Assembly: GCA_043228905.1 (NCBI GenBank)
Contig: JBHGNT010000011.1
Span: 6,448,001 to 6,512,000 of the forward strand
Length of the DNA: 64,000 bases
Source of the DNA: Azolla caroliniana
Taxonomy: Eukaryota; Plantae; Polypodiophyta
Direction: 5' to 3'
Shown here: one piece after another, positions 1-16,494 of the stretch
Layout of the letters: each line of letters opens with the position of its first letter
How positions within the stretch are numbered: the first letter of the stretch is position 1
Program-made: the position numbers and the translations under genes
The notes under the pieces: generated by a model
Database searches by the model: none
The model's input: the letters and a program-made list of their open reading frames with translations, nothing else
Told to the model about the DNA's origin: nothing

Positions 1-17
1 TACAGTCATGTAGGAAA

Positions 18-686
18 ATGATGGCCTTTAGGACAGTTAGAAATAAGTTTCATATACCACGAGGATATGGGTACATTTGGGAATCAATATTGGCATTGCC
101 TAGATTAGTTTTCCCGATTCGAATGTTGTTGGTTGCGGACCCATGGAAAGATTGGTCGTTTGGTATTGGACAATCAATTTTTGTGGTGAACACTAATGAT
201 GTATACCATAAGTTGGTTGAAGATAGAGCTTGGTTAGCAACCAAGGTTGCAAACACATGGTATATTACTCGACATGCAAAGTGGTGGACTAGAGTTTTGG
301 ATGCAGGATGGGAGTCACATCTTCCGTTTAGTGCTAAGGTGTTTCTTTGGCATGTGATTGTTGGTGGGTTGCCTTTGGCAATGGCTTTAAAACGGCGAAA
401 TATTTCAAATGGGACATGTTTTTTTTGCATGGTGGTTGAGGAAGATGCCAGACATAGGTTCATTACATGTCCGGTTGCTAAAGCCATTTGGGTGGTTATA
501 TCACAAAATTGGGCATCGATAACAGGAAATATTTTGTCACCTTTTAACAGGGTTTTTATTGATGACGATAAAGGCATGCCTGCACCATCATATAAGGTCG
601 TGTTTGACTACCTTAGGTATTGGGGGATGTGGTTTAATTGGACCATGAGAAATGGGTTCTTGTTTGATGGACTTCATGGGGGGTAA
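18..686 (+). pseudogene. LINE (non-LTR) ORF2 C-terminal remnant, zf-RVT domain
   Basis: KVFLWHVIVGGLPL...CFFC...EDARHRFITCPVAKAIW matches the zf-RVT pattern of plant L1 elements; probably continues beyond the left edge. Confidence 0.8.
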
Positions 687-1088
687 CACAACAACTTCGT
701 AGGATGAAAGGGAAATTGATGTGGCAATTTTCGCAACTGTGTTGTTTGGGGACATTGTCCTGAGAGGAGATAGAGGTATGCCATCTAGTTTTTTCCCACG
801 CATTATCACTACTCATGATGTAGTGAAGTGTATTATCATCTTGTTTTAATAACAAAACATTGATTTGCGAAAAAGAAAGAAAGAAAGTAGTGTGCAAGGT
901 CACATACATATTGAATATTGATATGATCCATGCTATTATTTATTCTTCGCCATGTGAATTGGGTTTGAGTTTGGAAAAGAAAGAAAGAAGGGAGGGGTAT
1001 GTGGGCGAATTTGATAAAACCTGCTCTCCTGCTCCTGCTGCTGCTTTTGCTGTCGAGGAGGGAACAGAAGAAGGAGGGGGGGGTATAG

Positions 1089-4266
<3,178 letters not shown>

Positions 4267-6099
4267 GGCTAATTTCGTGAAATTCAATTTCACATAATTT
4301 GGTGGAACTAAAAGCTGATGAATGAAGACTATCAATATCATTTCTTTCATATCCGTGATTAAAGGATGATCTTCGTGTAATTCTTTAATACATCCTAAAT
4401 GGATTGTGCTGGAAATACTGGTTCCTTGAGATTTTTCTTACGACTAGATGTCATACAAAGTGATCTAAGAATCTCCTTTGGAAGGCACAGGAGACCAATT
4501 GGAATGTGTTCGTCAGTTCTTTTGTTTGACCAAACTTTGAAGTTCGCTTCACTGTTGTATGCTGTGATGTTGGGTGATTTGAGCTCACTTTTGAGTGGAA
4601 TCTTATCTTTGATTAAAGTTTGCATAGCTATTTTAAGTATTGTCTCCAGCAATCCATTACTTAATGGAACCTTCACATGCAGACACAAATGCACACATAC
4701 CATTTGCCATCAGACATACGACTGCATCGATGAATCTTATATTTATAACTTATATAAGTTAAACCAATATATTGACAAGAGCATGCTTTATTTCTGTACT
4801 CTCAATCTTGCTCATTATAGATTCATTTCAATCAATGTTTATTGATTGTTAGTTTTAGGACAACTAAATACCAATTAAAACTAAATATTAATTAGTTGTG
4901 ACAATGTAAAATCACAATGTACTCAGTATAGATAACTTGCAATTGTCACATGGTCCAAGGTGAATGAGGTTTCACTAGATTTTAGTGTTGGTATTCAGAC
5001 CCTCTTCATATGCACTCCTCTTTTTTATCTCAAATTTAAATTATCATTCGTTTCTTTTGAGTATTAGGGCATTTAACAACTCTAGGTGTTGCTACATGCA
5101 TATGTTTCTTGCATAGGTTTGATTATTAATTACTTACATATTATGGTATAACAACTGAAACAATTTAATTGATGGCTATATTTCTAGTTCCATAAGGTTT
5201 AAAAGAATATTAGTTATCCTAAAATTTGCAACAGACCCATAACTTATAAGGGCCCATGAATGTGGGAAATTGGAATATGTAAAGGTTTGGGAGCTATGTG
5301 AATGGGACAAGCCACCTCACTCATTATAACATCTTTTAGATTGTATTGAGATTCTATTGGTAAGTCAAAGCCCTGATTATAAGGATCCATAATAATCTCA
5401 ACTTCCAATGTATAGTATACGATCATATTCAACAGGGTTTTATGTTCATCTCTTGTCTTGAGCTTGAGAGTGGTTCCTGAGACTAAGCACAATTGCAACA
5501 TTATCTTTGTCAATAGTTTTATATATTGCTTATCATCAACAATCAATTCATAATAGTTAAGCCTAGGGAAAACCTTAAGAAAGCCAGATGTGTTTATTTT
5601 GCACAGTTGAAACTTAAGTGGGCATCACTTTACTATTAAGTGGTGTCAAGATATAATTGGATGTATGTTTTTTGTAGTGTGGGTTTCTATTATTGGCATT
5701 CCCATTCCAATGGGTGTTATGATAGGTCATCCTCTTGTTGCACTTTTGAAGACATTTTGAGTTCTTGAGGTATGTGTTTGGGGTGAAGGCATGTTTGATG
5801 ACAGATGTAATACATTTGTCTTTGAGGCACATGTAAGGCAATTGAAAGGTAAATTAATACGGTAGTTCTAACTTCGCATTATTCGAAACCTTTGAGATGT
5901 TATTGCTTGGAGAGATCCGGTTAGTAAAGAACACGTTTCTTTTTTATAACTAATACAACTCTATTCACCCAACCAAACAAAGACATAATTAGAAGAGGCA
6001 TACATTTATAAATAGACCTAATTGTGTTTGTAAATTTAAGTGAACCCTCCCTCCCTCATGTATGGAGGACTAAGATGGAGAACAGAGCATGTATGATAT

Positions 6100-8076
6100 A
6101 TGGGATTTCAACAACAGGTAAAGAAGACATGGCGGATTGATGAACTGCTTCATCTAGTTAATCTACTAGGAGTAAAAGATAAACATACATCATGGCCAAG
6201 TTTAGGGAGCCATGGAACCCTAAAGTCTATCAGAAATACGTACTCCTTCCTTGTTTCTCTTGGATTACATTCCTATGCTTGTACAGGTGATATCCTAATC
6301 CCTTTGTTTGGCTCGCATGGTAGCTTGATTGAAGCAAATCGAGTCTTTTTCCATGTATGCAATCCATCAATATACTCTTGGAATGCCGTTATACTTGCAT
6401 ATGTGAAACATGGCAAAGGAGACGGAGCATTGAAACTGTATTGCAAGATGCGGAATTTGGACATAGAACCTAATAAGTTCACCATGTCAAGTTTGCTAAA
6501 AGCCTCTATATGTTGTTGCTCTGATGGTCTAGAGATTGGAAAGTTACTGCACAATGAGGTGATAGAAGATGGGTTCGGATCAGATGTCATAATAGGAAGT
6601 GGTATCATTGATATGTATGCGAATTTCGGAAGGTTAAAAGATGGGGTTAATGTGCTCAATAACCTTCAGAGCCGAAATGTTATCACTTGGGGTGCAGCGA
6701 TTGCAGGTTTTATTCAACATGAACAAGGGCATGATGCCTTCTGTCTTTTTGATAGAATGCAAAAAGAGAATATCGAGCCTAATGAGTTCATTTTTGCTTG
6801 TATGTTGAAAGGATGTTGTTCTCTTGGACTTCTAGGATTTGGGTTCAGCCAGATTCTGCATGGATGGGTCATTGATCGGAGGTTAGAGCTCAATGTCGTT
6901 GTTGGAACTACACTTGTCGATATGTATATGAAATGTGGTAGTTTGGATGATGCTAAGCAGACTTTTGATAGTCTTCCCAATCATAATGCTGTGACTTGGG
7001 GTGCTGTGATCAGTGGATTTGTTCAACATGGTTACTATCATGAAGCACTACATTTGTTTGAGAAGATGTGCCAGGAGGGTATAAAGCCGGACATATATTC
7101 ATATTCATGTGTTATGAAGGCTTGTGGATGTGAAGGAGCAATAGGGCAAGGGCGGTATATACATAACCAAATGATTGTATCAGACATTCAATCTGATGAA
7201 GCCATCGGAAATGCTCTTGTTGATATGTATGCTAGGTGCGGTAGTATCGAAGAAGCTGAGTTAGAATTAAAGAGATTAAGGACGTTGAATGTTGTGTCAT
7301 GTTCAGCCATGATTGCTGGTTATGTGCAACATGGACATGGATTCCTTGCACTTCAGCTCTATGACAAGATGCAAGAAAATGGCATAAAGCCTGAGAAATC
7401 AGTTTTCTTATATGTGTTGAAGGCATGTGGGACTATAGGGGCAGTGAAGAAAGGTCGACTGATACATAAACAGATAATATACGATGAGATCGAAGGAGAT
7501 GAGGCGGTGGGAAGTACGTTGGTGGAGATGTATTCAGATTGTGGTAAAATTGAAGAGAGTCGTAAAACATTCCGTGATATGCGAACCCACAATATAGTTG
7601 TGTGGGGTTGTATTGTTGCTGGGTATGCAAAACAAGGGAGCTACGAACAAGTAAAAGAGTGTCTTTCGGAGATGAAGGACCAAGGTTTGGCATTCAATGA
7701 TCTCATTCTTAGTAGTGTTTTAGCGACATGTACTCAGGCAGGTCTACTCCATGAAGGTTATTTGTGCTTCAAATCGATGAGTGATGATGGTGTTTCCCCC
7801 AAAATGGAACACTATTGCTGTATGATCGACCTTTTAGCTAGATCCGGATACTTCAAAATGGCTGATGACCTTCTTCAAACAATGGATGTATTGCCAGATT
7901 TGCACGCGCTGATGTCTGTGTTAACTTGTTCTTCAATGCATGGTAATATAGACGTTGGTAAACGATGCTTCGAAGGAATTGTTCGATTGAACCCAAATGA
8001 TGCGTCTGGCTACGTCCACATCAGCAAAATGTTATCCACTAGTATAATGCAAGACTATATATTATTTGGTGAATGA
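6100..8076 (+). CDS. PLS-class PPR protein with E-type C-terminus, no DYW (putative organellar RNA-editing factor)
   Basis: Intronless 658-aa ORF with repeated LVDMYxKCG..A..F / W.A.I.G motifs and EHYCCMIDLLARSG plus E motifs. Confidence 0.88.
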   Translation: MGFQQQVKKTWRIDELLHLVNLLGVKDKHTSWPSLGSHGTLKSIRNTYSFLVSLGLHSYACTGDILIPLFGSHGSLIEANRVFFHVCNPSIYSWNAVILAYVKHGKGDGALKLYCKMRNLDIEPNKFTMSSLLKASICCCSDGLEIGKLLHNEVIEDGFGSDVIIGSGIIDMYANFGRLKDGVNVLNNLQSRNVITWGAAIAGFIQHEQGHDAFCLFDRMQKENIEPNEFIFACMLKGCCSLGLLGFGFSQILHGWVIDRRLELNVVVGTTLVDMYMKCGSLDDAKQTFDSLPNHNAVTWGAVISGFVQHGYYHEALHLFEKMCQEGIKPDIYSYSCVMKACGCEGAIGQGRYIHNQMIVSDIQSDEAIGNALVDMYARCGSIEEAELELKRLRTLNVVSCSAMIAGYVQHGHGFLALQLYDKMQENGIKPEKSVFLYVLKACGTIGAVKKGRLIHKQIIYDEIEGDEAVGSTLVEMYSDCGKIEESRKTFRDMRTHNIVVWGCIVAGYAKQGSYEQVKECLSEMKDQGLAFNDLILSSVLATCTQAGLLHEGYLCFKSMSDDGVSPKMEHYCCMIDLLARSGYFKMADDLLQTMDVLPDLHALMSVLTCSSMHGNIDVGKRCFEGIVRLNPNDASGYVHISKMLSTSIMQDYILFGE

Positions 8077-9537
8077 ATCTTTTAAGTAGATGCTCAAATA
8101 GAATGGATTCTCTTACACAAGTAGATTTGAATCACTAAAAAAACAGCAAAACGATACATCAAAATGATTTGAAATCTTATTTTTTAGTGCATGAAAAACA
8201 AGACTATATTAGAAAATAATGATATGCATTTGTTTGGTGTGGCAGGATTGGTGGAGCACCATCTTTGAGCTTTGTCAGGATCAATTTCAGTAGTCCATTC
8301 TGCTTTGTTTTACTCATTTTAGGCCCGATAGCTAAGTGTGCGCAATTTCTGCATACACATTTTAACCAGGGGAAGCATATACTCTCATTGAACCAGAACA
8401 TATTGACTAGATGGGATTCAAATCCTTATGGTTATTGATTCTTTCCATACATCAGTTTACATTTTTGGAACATTAGCAAATATTGAAGTTGATATCAAGT
8501 TTCGTAGATTGTTTCGGCTTAACGTCAACTTAGAAACCTTACAATGCTAAATTTATATGATTCTATCAAATCACATTACCTTCGAAAAAATACTAAGAGT
8601 GATATTCACATTCTCGAAAAGCTAACCAAAGAACAAGAATACTGATATATAATTGTTATAGAATTCTTGAGGTTCGGAAAAGTTTAGGCATTGCAATGAA
8701 GCCAAGGTTGGGAATATGCACACAGCAATGTCAAAATAGAATTCGTGGGGATGTCTAAAGCCAATGCATTCACATTGTTTCAATGTTTTTCTAGCTAGGT
8801 CTAAGGGGTTGACTGTTTGTCTACATGATGTGGGTGGAAGTTAGAACTTTGGCTTTGCAACTAAATAGGATGTGCCCAACTCTCACACCCTAGGCCAACT
8901 CATACACCAAGCTTACGAAATCTCTTGATTCTTTGAGGGAACTTCCTTGTAGTTCCCATTACTCTATCTTTGACTAGGGTTGACATCAATCATCATGCAC
9001 TCGGATCATGATTTAAATATTGTACTACATGCATCCTCATTGGAATGCAATATTGCGATGAATCCTTCATCAAATTAGCATGTTGTTGTTATGAATTGTT
9101 CTTGAGCAATGAATCTAAAACAACAAACCTCTTGAAATTTTCACCATATTAATCTACTAACAACTCTTATACCAAGCCCTCCATCATAGTGTGAAAGGGG
9201 CTCTCAGAGCATCCAAGATATATAATGATTTACAAACACAGGCATACATATTTATAGGATAAAAATTGCGAAGCAACAACCCTCTATTCGTTACTACTGT
9301 CTCAGGGCCTTCTTGAGGTTGTATAGACTCTTCTTGAGTTGGCAAACTAGACTTTCTTTTCCCCAATACCATTAAGCTCTCATTGTTTTTTACAAACATA
9401 CGCTAGTCAACCATGAAAAGAAAGAAAGAGGAATTCATCCAAGTGCTCAAGCAAAAGGACAAGGAATGAATCGATTGTTTATTTGCTCGACTAGTGCATG
9501 GAAGTAACCAAGGAAGATGGGGATGGATGGACTGATC

Positions 9538-9615
9538 ATGTATGTATGTATGTATGTATGTATGTATGTATATGAATGTATGTGTATGTATGCATGTATG
9601 TATGTGGATGTATGT
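9538..9615. repeat. (TATG)n microsatellite
   Basis: atgtatgtatgtatg... perfect, then degenerate. Confidence 0.9.
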
Positions 9616-10124
9616 AAATTTGTAATGGTAATGAATGGGTGTTGGCTTGATCAAGGTGCAACGACGGAAACGTGAGAATTGAAGAGAGATACAGGGGTAT
9701 TTGGGGAAATACAGAATGTGCACGTTTATTTAGTTAGAGCTTCAGGGCTATGGCGATGATGAGGTCCATCTGCTTCCTGCAGAAACGGAACAGAGTATGG
9801 ATCACGTTTCTACCTTACCGTTGGATAATATTTACTGTTGAAGCCTCCAGATGGAATCTCCATCTTCGTTTCATCCACATGAATAGGTTATGTCGTCTTC
9901 TCCATTCCAATTTCAAGCTACGAAATCCGTCAGTTGAATTAAGGTTTCTATCTCCATCAGCTGAAGATTTCAGAAGCATGCTTCACAAATGCAGAAAAGA
10001 AAGGAAATTACCATATGCTTTGCGAAACCGATCTCTTCTTTTCCAGAAGGTCCTACAAAAAAAATCTTTCTGTTTCGGATAGCATATTTTTTTCTGAATT
10101 TAGAAGCAGTATGATGCTCAACAA

Positions 10125-12518
10125 ATGTTGGTTATGATGGTTTATCAAAACGAATCATCTTGGGATACCCTCATCAAAGGACACATTCATCGAGGGAGTA
10201 CACAATTTGCACTCAATTTGTACAGGAAAATGCAAAAGGATGGTTCAATATATCCCTCAGAACGCACATTTGTAGCATTACTTAAAGCTTGTACAAAACA
10301 AAGGGACTTGAAATTAGGGGGTTTATTACATGCTGAGGCTCATAAAGCGAGGTTACTAGAGAAAAACCTTTATGTTGGAGCCACTTTAATTGATATGTAT
10401 GCCAGGTGTGGGTTCCTTTGTAAAGCACAAGAAGTATTTGATGAACTTCATATGCGAGATGTTGTCTCTTGGAATGCATTAATCTCAGGATATGCTGACC
10501 ATGACTGTGGAGAGAAATCTTTGATGTGTTTTGAACATATGCAAACTGAGGGGCTCTATCCGAATGCTATCACATATGTATGTGTTTTGAAAGCTTGTAG
10601 TAGCATAAGAGCAATAGAGATGGGCCAGAAAATCCATGCTGACATCGAGAAAAATGGTCTCCTGCAAACAAACCTTTTTATTGGCAATAGCTTGGTCGAT
10701 ATGTATGCCAAATGCAGATTGCTTTCAAAAGCTAGAGGTGTTTGTGAAAAACTTCGGGTCCGAGATGTGATATCATATAATACACTCATAGCAGGATATA
10801 CAGAACATGGACATGGTGAGGAGGCACTTGAGCTTTATACAAAAATGCAGCTTGAGAATATTTCACCTAATGTTATCACATATATCTGCACCTTAAAATC
10901 TTGCACGATGATCGGAGCTGAAGAAAAAGGCCAAGAAATGCATGTAGAGTTAGCAAGGCAAGGTTTGTTGGCGAAAAACCTTGTTATTGGAAATGCCTTG
11001 GTGGACATGTATGCAAAATGTGGTTTACTTGCCAAAGCACAAGAGACTTTCAATAACCTTGGAGTGTGGGATGTGGTGTCTTGCAATGCACTTATCAATG
11101 GATACGTGGAATTCGGTTGTGCTGATAAGGCGCTTGAATATTTCCACCTATTGCTAAAGGAAGGCATCTTGCCAGATGCAGTCACATATATTTGCACCTT
11201 GAAGGCGTGCAGTATCATTAAAAACATGGGTCAGGGTCAAGAAATACATGCTGAGATTGTAAAAAGGGGTCTATTTCAAAGCGATGTTGTTTTAGGAAAT
11301 GCATTGCTGGATATGTATGCCAAATGTGGCTTTCTTCATGATGCCAAGAGGATATTTGACTTGCTCCTGATTCGAGATGAAATTGCATGGAATGTATTGA
11401 TGGAAGGATATGTTGATCATGGGCATAGCAAGGAAGTATTAACTTGTTTCAAAGCTATGAAGCTAGATGGTGTGCGTCCAAGCCCAGTTACGTTTGTTAG
11501 TGTCTTGAAAGCCTGTGGTGACTTGAAAGATACAGGTAAGGGTGATGAAATCCATGCTGACATTATTAGGCATGGACTATTGCAAACTGATTCTTTTCTT
11601 GGTAGTGCCCTCATTGATATGCATATCAAGCAGGGGTTACCTGCAAGAGCACAAGAAGTATTCGATAAACTTGTTGTTCGAGACACAGTCATGTGGAATA
11701 TAATAATCGCTGGATATGTTGAACATGGGCAGAGTAACGATGCACTTGTGTGTTTTGAACAAATGCAACTAGAAACTATACCTCCAGACTCTGTGACTCT
11801 GGTTTTGAGCTTGAAGGCTTGTGGTAGTATAGGGGCCAATGAAAATGGTCGTCTAATACATTTCGAGATCACTAAGAAAGGATTGACTGAAAGGGGCAAT
11901 GTAGGCAATGCCATGATAGATATGTATGCCAAATGTGGCTTGCTTATGGAATCAGAAAAAGTGATACAGGACCTCCAAATCAAGGATGTGGTTTCATGGA
12001 ATGCATTACTAGCAGGGTATGCTCAACTTGGTGAGAGCAGAAATGTTTTCTACACATTGAATAGAATGTTCGAAGAAGGTATAAATCCAGATGCTGTTAC
12101 TTTCATTAGCATCCTTAAAGCATGCAGTCATGCTGGCCTCTTTCGCAAGGGTTGGATGCTATATGAGAACATGACCAAGGTCTATGGCATTGATCTAACT
12201 GCAGAGCACCATAATTGCATGATTGAGTTGCTTGGGTCCTCTGGTAACTTAAACAAGGCGGTGTCAATGATAGAGAAGCTGCCCTCTCACCCAAACCTTC
12301 TTGTATGGGATAGTGTGTTAAATGCTTGTAGGAAGTGGGGGAATGCACACCTTGGAAGGAAGGCTTTTGAAAATGTAGTGCAATCAGATTCACATGATGC
12401 TGGACCATATATTTTGATGTCTTACATTTATATGGATGCCGGCATGCAAGAGGAAGCAAGTCAGATTCAAGCAATGAGGCGAAGAAAAACAGAGAGCTTG
12501 CACGAGATGAGGGAATAG
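10125..12518 (+). CDS. PLS-class PPR protein with E1/E2 motifs, no DYW; true N-terminus probably lies in the in-frame ORF 9750-10082
   Basis: 797-aa ORF with many GNALVDMYAKCG-type repeats; AEHHNCMIELLGSSG...PYILMSYIY E region. Confidence 0.88.
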   Translation: MLVMMVYQNESSWDTLIKGHIHRGSTQFALNLYRKMQKDGSIYPSERTFVALLKACTKQRDLKLGGLLHAEAHKARLLEKNLYVGATLIDMYARCGFLCKAQEVFDELHMRDVVSWNALISGYADHDCGEKSLMCFEHMQTEGLYPNAITYVCVLKACSSIRAIEMGQKIHADIEKNGLLQTNLFIGNSLVDMYAKCRLLSKARGVCEKLRVRDVISYNTLIAGYTEHGHGEEALELYTKMQLENISPNVITYICTLKSCTMIGAEEKGQEMHVELARQGLLAKNLVIGNALVDMYAKCGLLAKAQETFNNLGVWDVVSCNALINGYVEFGCADKALEYFHLLLKEGILPDAVTYICTLKACSIIKNMGQGQEIHAEIVKRGLFQSDVVLGNALLDMYAKCGFLHDAKRIFDLLLIRDEIAWNVLMEGYVDHGHSKEVLTCFKAMKLDGVRPSPVTFVSVLKACGDLKDTGKGDEIHADIIRHGLLQTDSFLGSALIDMHIKQGLPARAQEVFDKLVVRDTVMWNIIIAGYVEHGQSNDALVCFEQMQLETIPPDSVTLVLSLKACGSIGANENGRLIHFEITKKGLTERGNVGNAMIDMYAKCGLLMESEKVIQDLQIKDVVSWNALLAGYAQLGESRNVFYTLNRMFEEGINPDAVTFISILKACSHAGLFRKGWMLYENMTKVYGIDLTAEHHNCMIELLGSSGNLNKAVSMIEKLPSHPNLLVWDSVLNACRKWGNAHLGRKAFENVVQSDSHDAGPYILMSYIYMDAGMQEEASQIQAMRRRKTESLHEMRE

Positions 12519-13369
12519 TCTCAACACCAAGTCTTGGGGTGTATTGTCCAAGGGTAGGTAGGTACATTATTAAACGACAAAAGGTGGAAAAAACTACAAA
12601 GAAGATTTGCACCACACATTTGTGATGTCTATCAATGATGGAAATCAAATGGCATTGGTGTCGTCATCGTTAAGTTCTAGGGAAAATGCAAATTCTCGTA
12701 AGCCAACACAAATATTGACTCAATATCTCAGACTTTATATGATTCCCAAAATGAACTCCTGATACTTTGCCTACAATAAGGGCTCAAGTTATATTGAGTA
12801 CAAAATGTACTCCATGTATATTGGCTAGAAAATGGACTTCATGTATTTTGGCTACAACATGGGCTTCCCCCATTTGCGCATTTTGTGCTACACTATGGAA
12901 ATGGGTAATTTTGTTACCATCTACAAAGATATAAGTAAAAATAAAAGAAAAACAAAATAAAAATGGAAGTCGGATTGCAAGAAGTTTATTTAGTTCAACA
13001 AAGTGGCTAAGTCCATGGGAGTGAAAAATCATTACTTCCACTAAGAACATTATAAGTGTAACACAAGAAAACTCTCCACTCCCAATAAACCCTTTTGTTT
13101 TTTCCCTTTCCACTTACGACTTAATGAGCTATTTTGGTGAGTCCATTGAAGCTTGCAATGGGTATAAAGAATTCTTAAATTCTAGAACTTCTTAGGATTA
13201 AGCGAAACTAGATGAATGATACGGAACAATACTATACACAAGAGTACAATTCTTATATGATTAAGTAAGCTCACATAAATTTGTGAATGATCATTTGGTT
13301 CAAGTATGGGGAATCCAACCCACCGTAAGTGATCACACCTATAAAGTGCACTTGGTTTATTGAATAGTA

Positions 13370-13853
13370 CAATACATCAACGGGGTGATTCATTCATTGA
13401 CTATTTACATTAATACTTATATAGAATAAGTAGATTTTCATGCAGTGAATCTTTGTACCATTGATGTAATACTAGGTTATCCTTGGTTCTTTAATAAAAA
13501 CTCTTCTTTATCTATTGATTGGCTTCACCATTCAATAACTTTTACACTAAACGATTATAATCATTTTATTCAATGTGTTAAAATACAATCTTCTTTGATT
13601 GTTTCCTCTCAATAAGTATCCGAGTTGTCTTATTCTACTTTATTCTATTGTGTACTTGATCTAGACATTCAAGTTTATAATATCATTAGTGTCACAGATC
13701 ATTTATCTTATTTTGAACAATAACTACTCGATAAAATCTTAAATGAATTTTATGATGTTTTTCCAAGTGAACTACCGCATGGGTCGCCTCCTAAACATAA
13801 TATAGACCATCATATAGATCTTTTCCTTAGGGTTGCACCAATAAGTATACCTC
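13370..13853 (+). pseudogene. Highly decayed Gypsy protease-to-RT remnant (outermost host of the nest)
   Basis: Hand translation gives DVILGYPWFFNKNSSLSIDW (~13463) and FYDVFPSELPHGSPPKHNIDHHIDL..VAPISIP (13748-13853), cut by an LTR at 13854. Confidence 0.7.
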
Positions 13854-16304
13854 TGTATCGATGAAGTCGATCCAAAGAGGATGAGTGTACGGAATAACGC
13901 TCGGCCACAACCGAGTCTCAAACTCACAATGGAAGAAATAAACAGAAAGTAGCCATGCACTTACACAGACAACAGAGACGACACCAAATGTTTACATGGA
14001 AAACCCTAATTGGGAAAAACCACGGGAGCCCACAGACTCCAACTATCACAATGAGAGGAAGGGAACAATGGGAGACTCAGAGGCAATGACCTCGAGCTCT
14101 ATCTTCGCCTACCGGCAGTTACAACCGAAAAGCTTTTTGTATCGCTCTTCTCTCTTTGTCTCTCTCTCTCTCTTGTTGTCTCTCTACACTCTGTACAACA
14201 ATAATGATAACAACCTTATGGAACATTGTTGCCCTAGTTATATTTATACTTATATAACTTTGGGACTATTTACAAATATGACCTCAACGGTTACTAATGT
14301 CTGGCAAATACCAACCGGATCCATCTGGTCCGGTTCTTTCCTTTGGTTTGTCCGATCCAGCTTGTCCGGTTCTCATCCGGAGGAACCGAATTCCCAACAA
14401 ACTCCCCCTTAACTCCGGTATGGGATGTCTTGTCAATTCGATTTGTTTCCGGCACACACCCAACTTCTCTGTTGACACTTGGTCAACATGTCCGACCCAT
14501 TCTCCTATGTGTAGATCTTCGTCAATGAAAACTCTTTATCTTGTACTTTCTCCAGGAGCTAGTTGTATCTGCTCTAGATGTGCTTGGTCCGGGAATGGTA
14601 GGCCGCGTTCTTTGCGAGGTGGATGGCACTCTGACTGTCACAATAGAACTAGAATTCCCCCTGTCGGGTCCCTAGCTCTCCGATGAAGTCCTTCATCTAG
14701 ATTACCTCTTTGTCGGCTTCTACAACCGCCATGTATTCCGCTTTCGTTGTCGATAATGAAATGGACTTATGCAGCCTCGACTGCCACGATACGGCTCCCC
14801 TTGCATATGTCATGACATATCCAGATGTAGACTGGTTGGTGTTCGCATCAGCTGACATGTCCGAATCGGTGAAGCCTTCCAATAGGGGTTTACCAGAGCC
14901 GAACTGGAGGCACATGCTCGAGGTGCCTTTCAGGTATCGGAGTATCCACTTGACCGCGGCCCAGTGTTCTCTTCTTGGATTGGTCATGAACCAGCTCACC
15001 ACTTTGATTGCATATCTGATATCCAGTCAGGTACACACCATAGCGTACGTGAGGCTTCCGACTGCGGAGGCATACGATATCTTCATCATTTCGGACTTCT
15101 TTGCCTTTGTCTTCGGACTCTATCTTCTGGATAGTTTGTAATTTGCCGGAAGTGTCGACCTGACCGACTTAGCATTTGACATGTTGAACCTTTGAACCAT
15201 CTTTGTCACGTACTTCTCCTGTGACAACCACAACTGCTTCTTCGTCCGGTCCTGGACTATGTACATCCCCAATATCTGTCTCACCAGACCCAAATCTTTC
15301 ATTGAAAAGGTCTGGTTCAAGGCCTTCTTCAGATTCCCGATCTTGGTTCAGTCCGGTCCGATGATCAACATGTCATCCACATAGAATAGGAGTATCAGGA
15401 AGTTGCCTCCGTCAAATTTCTTCACGAACACGCAGTGGTCGGCCTACGTCTTGTGGTATCCTTGGTCGGTCATGAAGGAGTCGAACTTTCGGTACCGTTG
15501 CCAGGGAGCATGCTTCAGTCCGTATAAGCTCTTCTTCAATTGGCATACTAGGTGTTCCTTCCCTTTCTTGACAAATCCCTCTGGCTTTTGCATGTAGATC
15601 TCTTCTTCGAGGTCACCGTGCAGGAACACCATCTTGACGTCTCCTCGAGGTTCGTGCTTGACGCAATGCTCAACACAGTCCAGATGGATGTCATCTTGAC
15701 TACTGGGGCAAAGATCTCGTCGAAGTCCACTCCCTTTTTATGTTGGAAACCCCTTCACCACAACGTGGGCTTTGTACCTCAGTGGATTTCCTGCGTCTCC
15801 CGGTTTCAGCTTATACACCCACTTGTTTTGGAACACTCTCTTCCCTTTCCGCAACTCTGTCAATTCATATGTGTGGTTCTCATGCAGGGAATCCATCTCA
15901 TCCTGCATGGCACTTAACCACTTGCGGCTGTGTGTGTCTTTCTTTCCTTCTTCGAAATTTTCCGGCTCCCCTTTGTCAGTTAGTAGCACATGCTCTGCAT
16001 CCAGACATCTTTGGGGGGCTCTTCTCTCCTTGAGAGGATATCTTCTTCCTTGGTTCTCGATTACCGGTTCCTCCATTTGTTCTTCATCCGAATCTGATTT
16101 TGGGTCTTGTCTGGTTCCGGTGTCCAAATCTTCTTCTTCGGTCGGTTCGGTTCCTTGTCCGACTCCGGAAGGTTCTTCGAGTGTCATCCGACTTCCGCCC
16201 GGATGGGTCCTTATATCTTTTGACCAATTTCTATTGGTCGACTCGAAGTCCGCTGTCTTCTTCTCCGACTCCTAGTCGGTAATGGTCTTGTCTTCCATGA
16301 AGAC
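13854..16304 (-). mobile_element. Decayed Copia 'Copia1' (3' LTR 13854-14399, RH-RT-INT fragments), same family as the element at 23089
   Basis: Minus strand PPT AAGGGGGAG (14402-14410) + TT + TGTTGGG; RT/RH fragments nearly identical in protein to 24800-27925; interrupted at 16305. Confidence 0.85.
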
Positions 16305-16494
16305 TGTAAAAGAATATGTGCGGAAGCTTAATAGACACAACCGAGTAACAATAGATAAAAGACAAGAGACAATGAAGATAAGGAAGGTTTAATGGAAAGC
16401 TTAATCAACACAACGTACGTAGGAGAGACAGAGAGATCAGAACACACAAAACTCTATTTTAAAAAAATACTCTAAAACTCTGTACATAGGATGT
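16305..16494 (-). mobile_element. Partial 3' LTR of Copia 'Copia2' (family of element B)
   Basis: TGTAAAAGAATATGTGCGGAAGC...ggtttaatggaaagctta...tgtacataggatgt is homologous to the LTR at 21923. Confidence 0.8.

Noticed and set aside
4399-4845. 148-aa ORF after RUVBL2
   Set aside because: No recognisable motif; probably 3' UTR or intergenic
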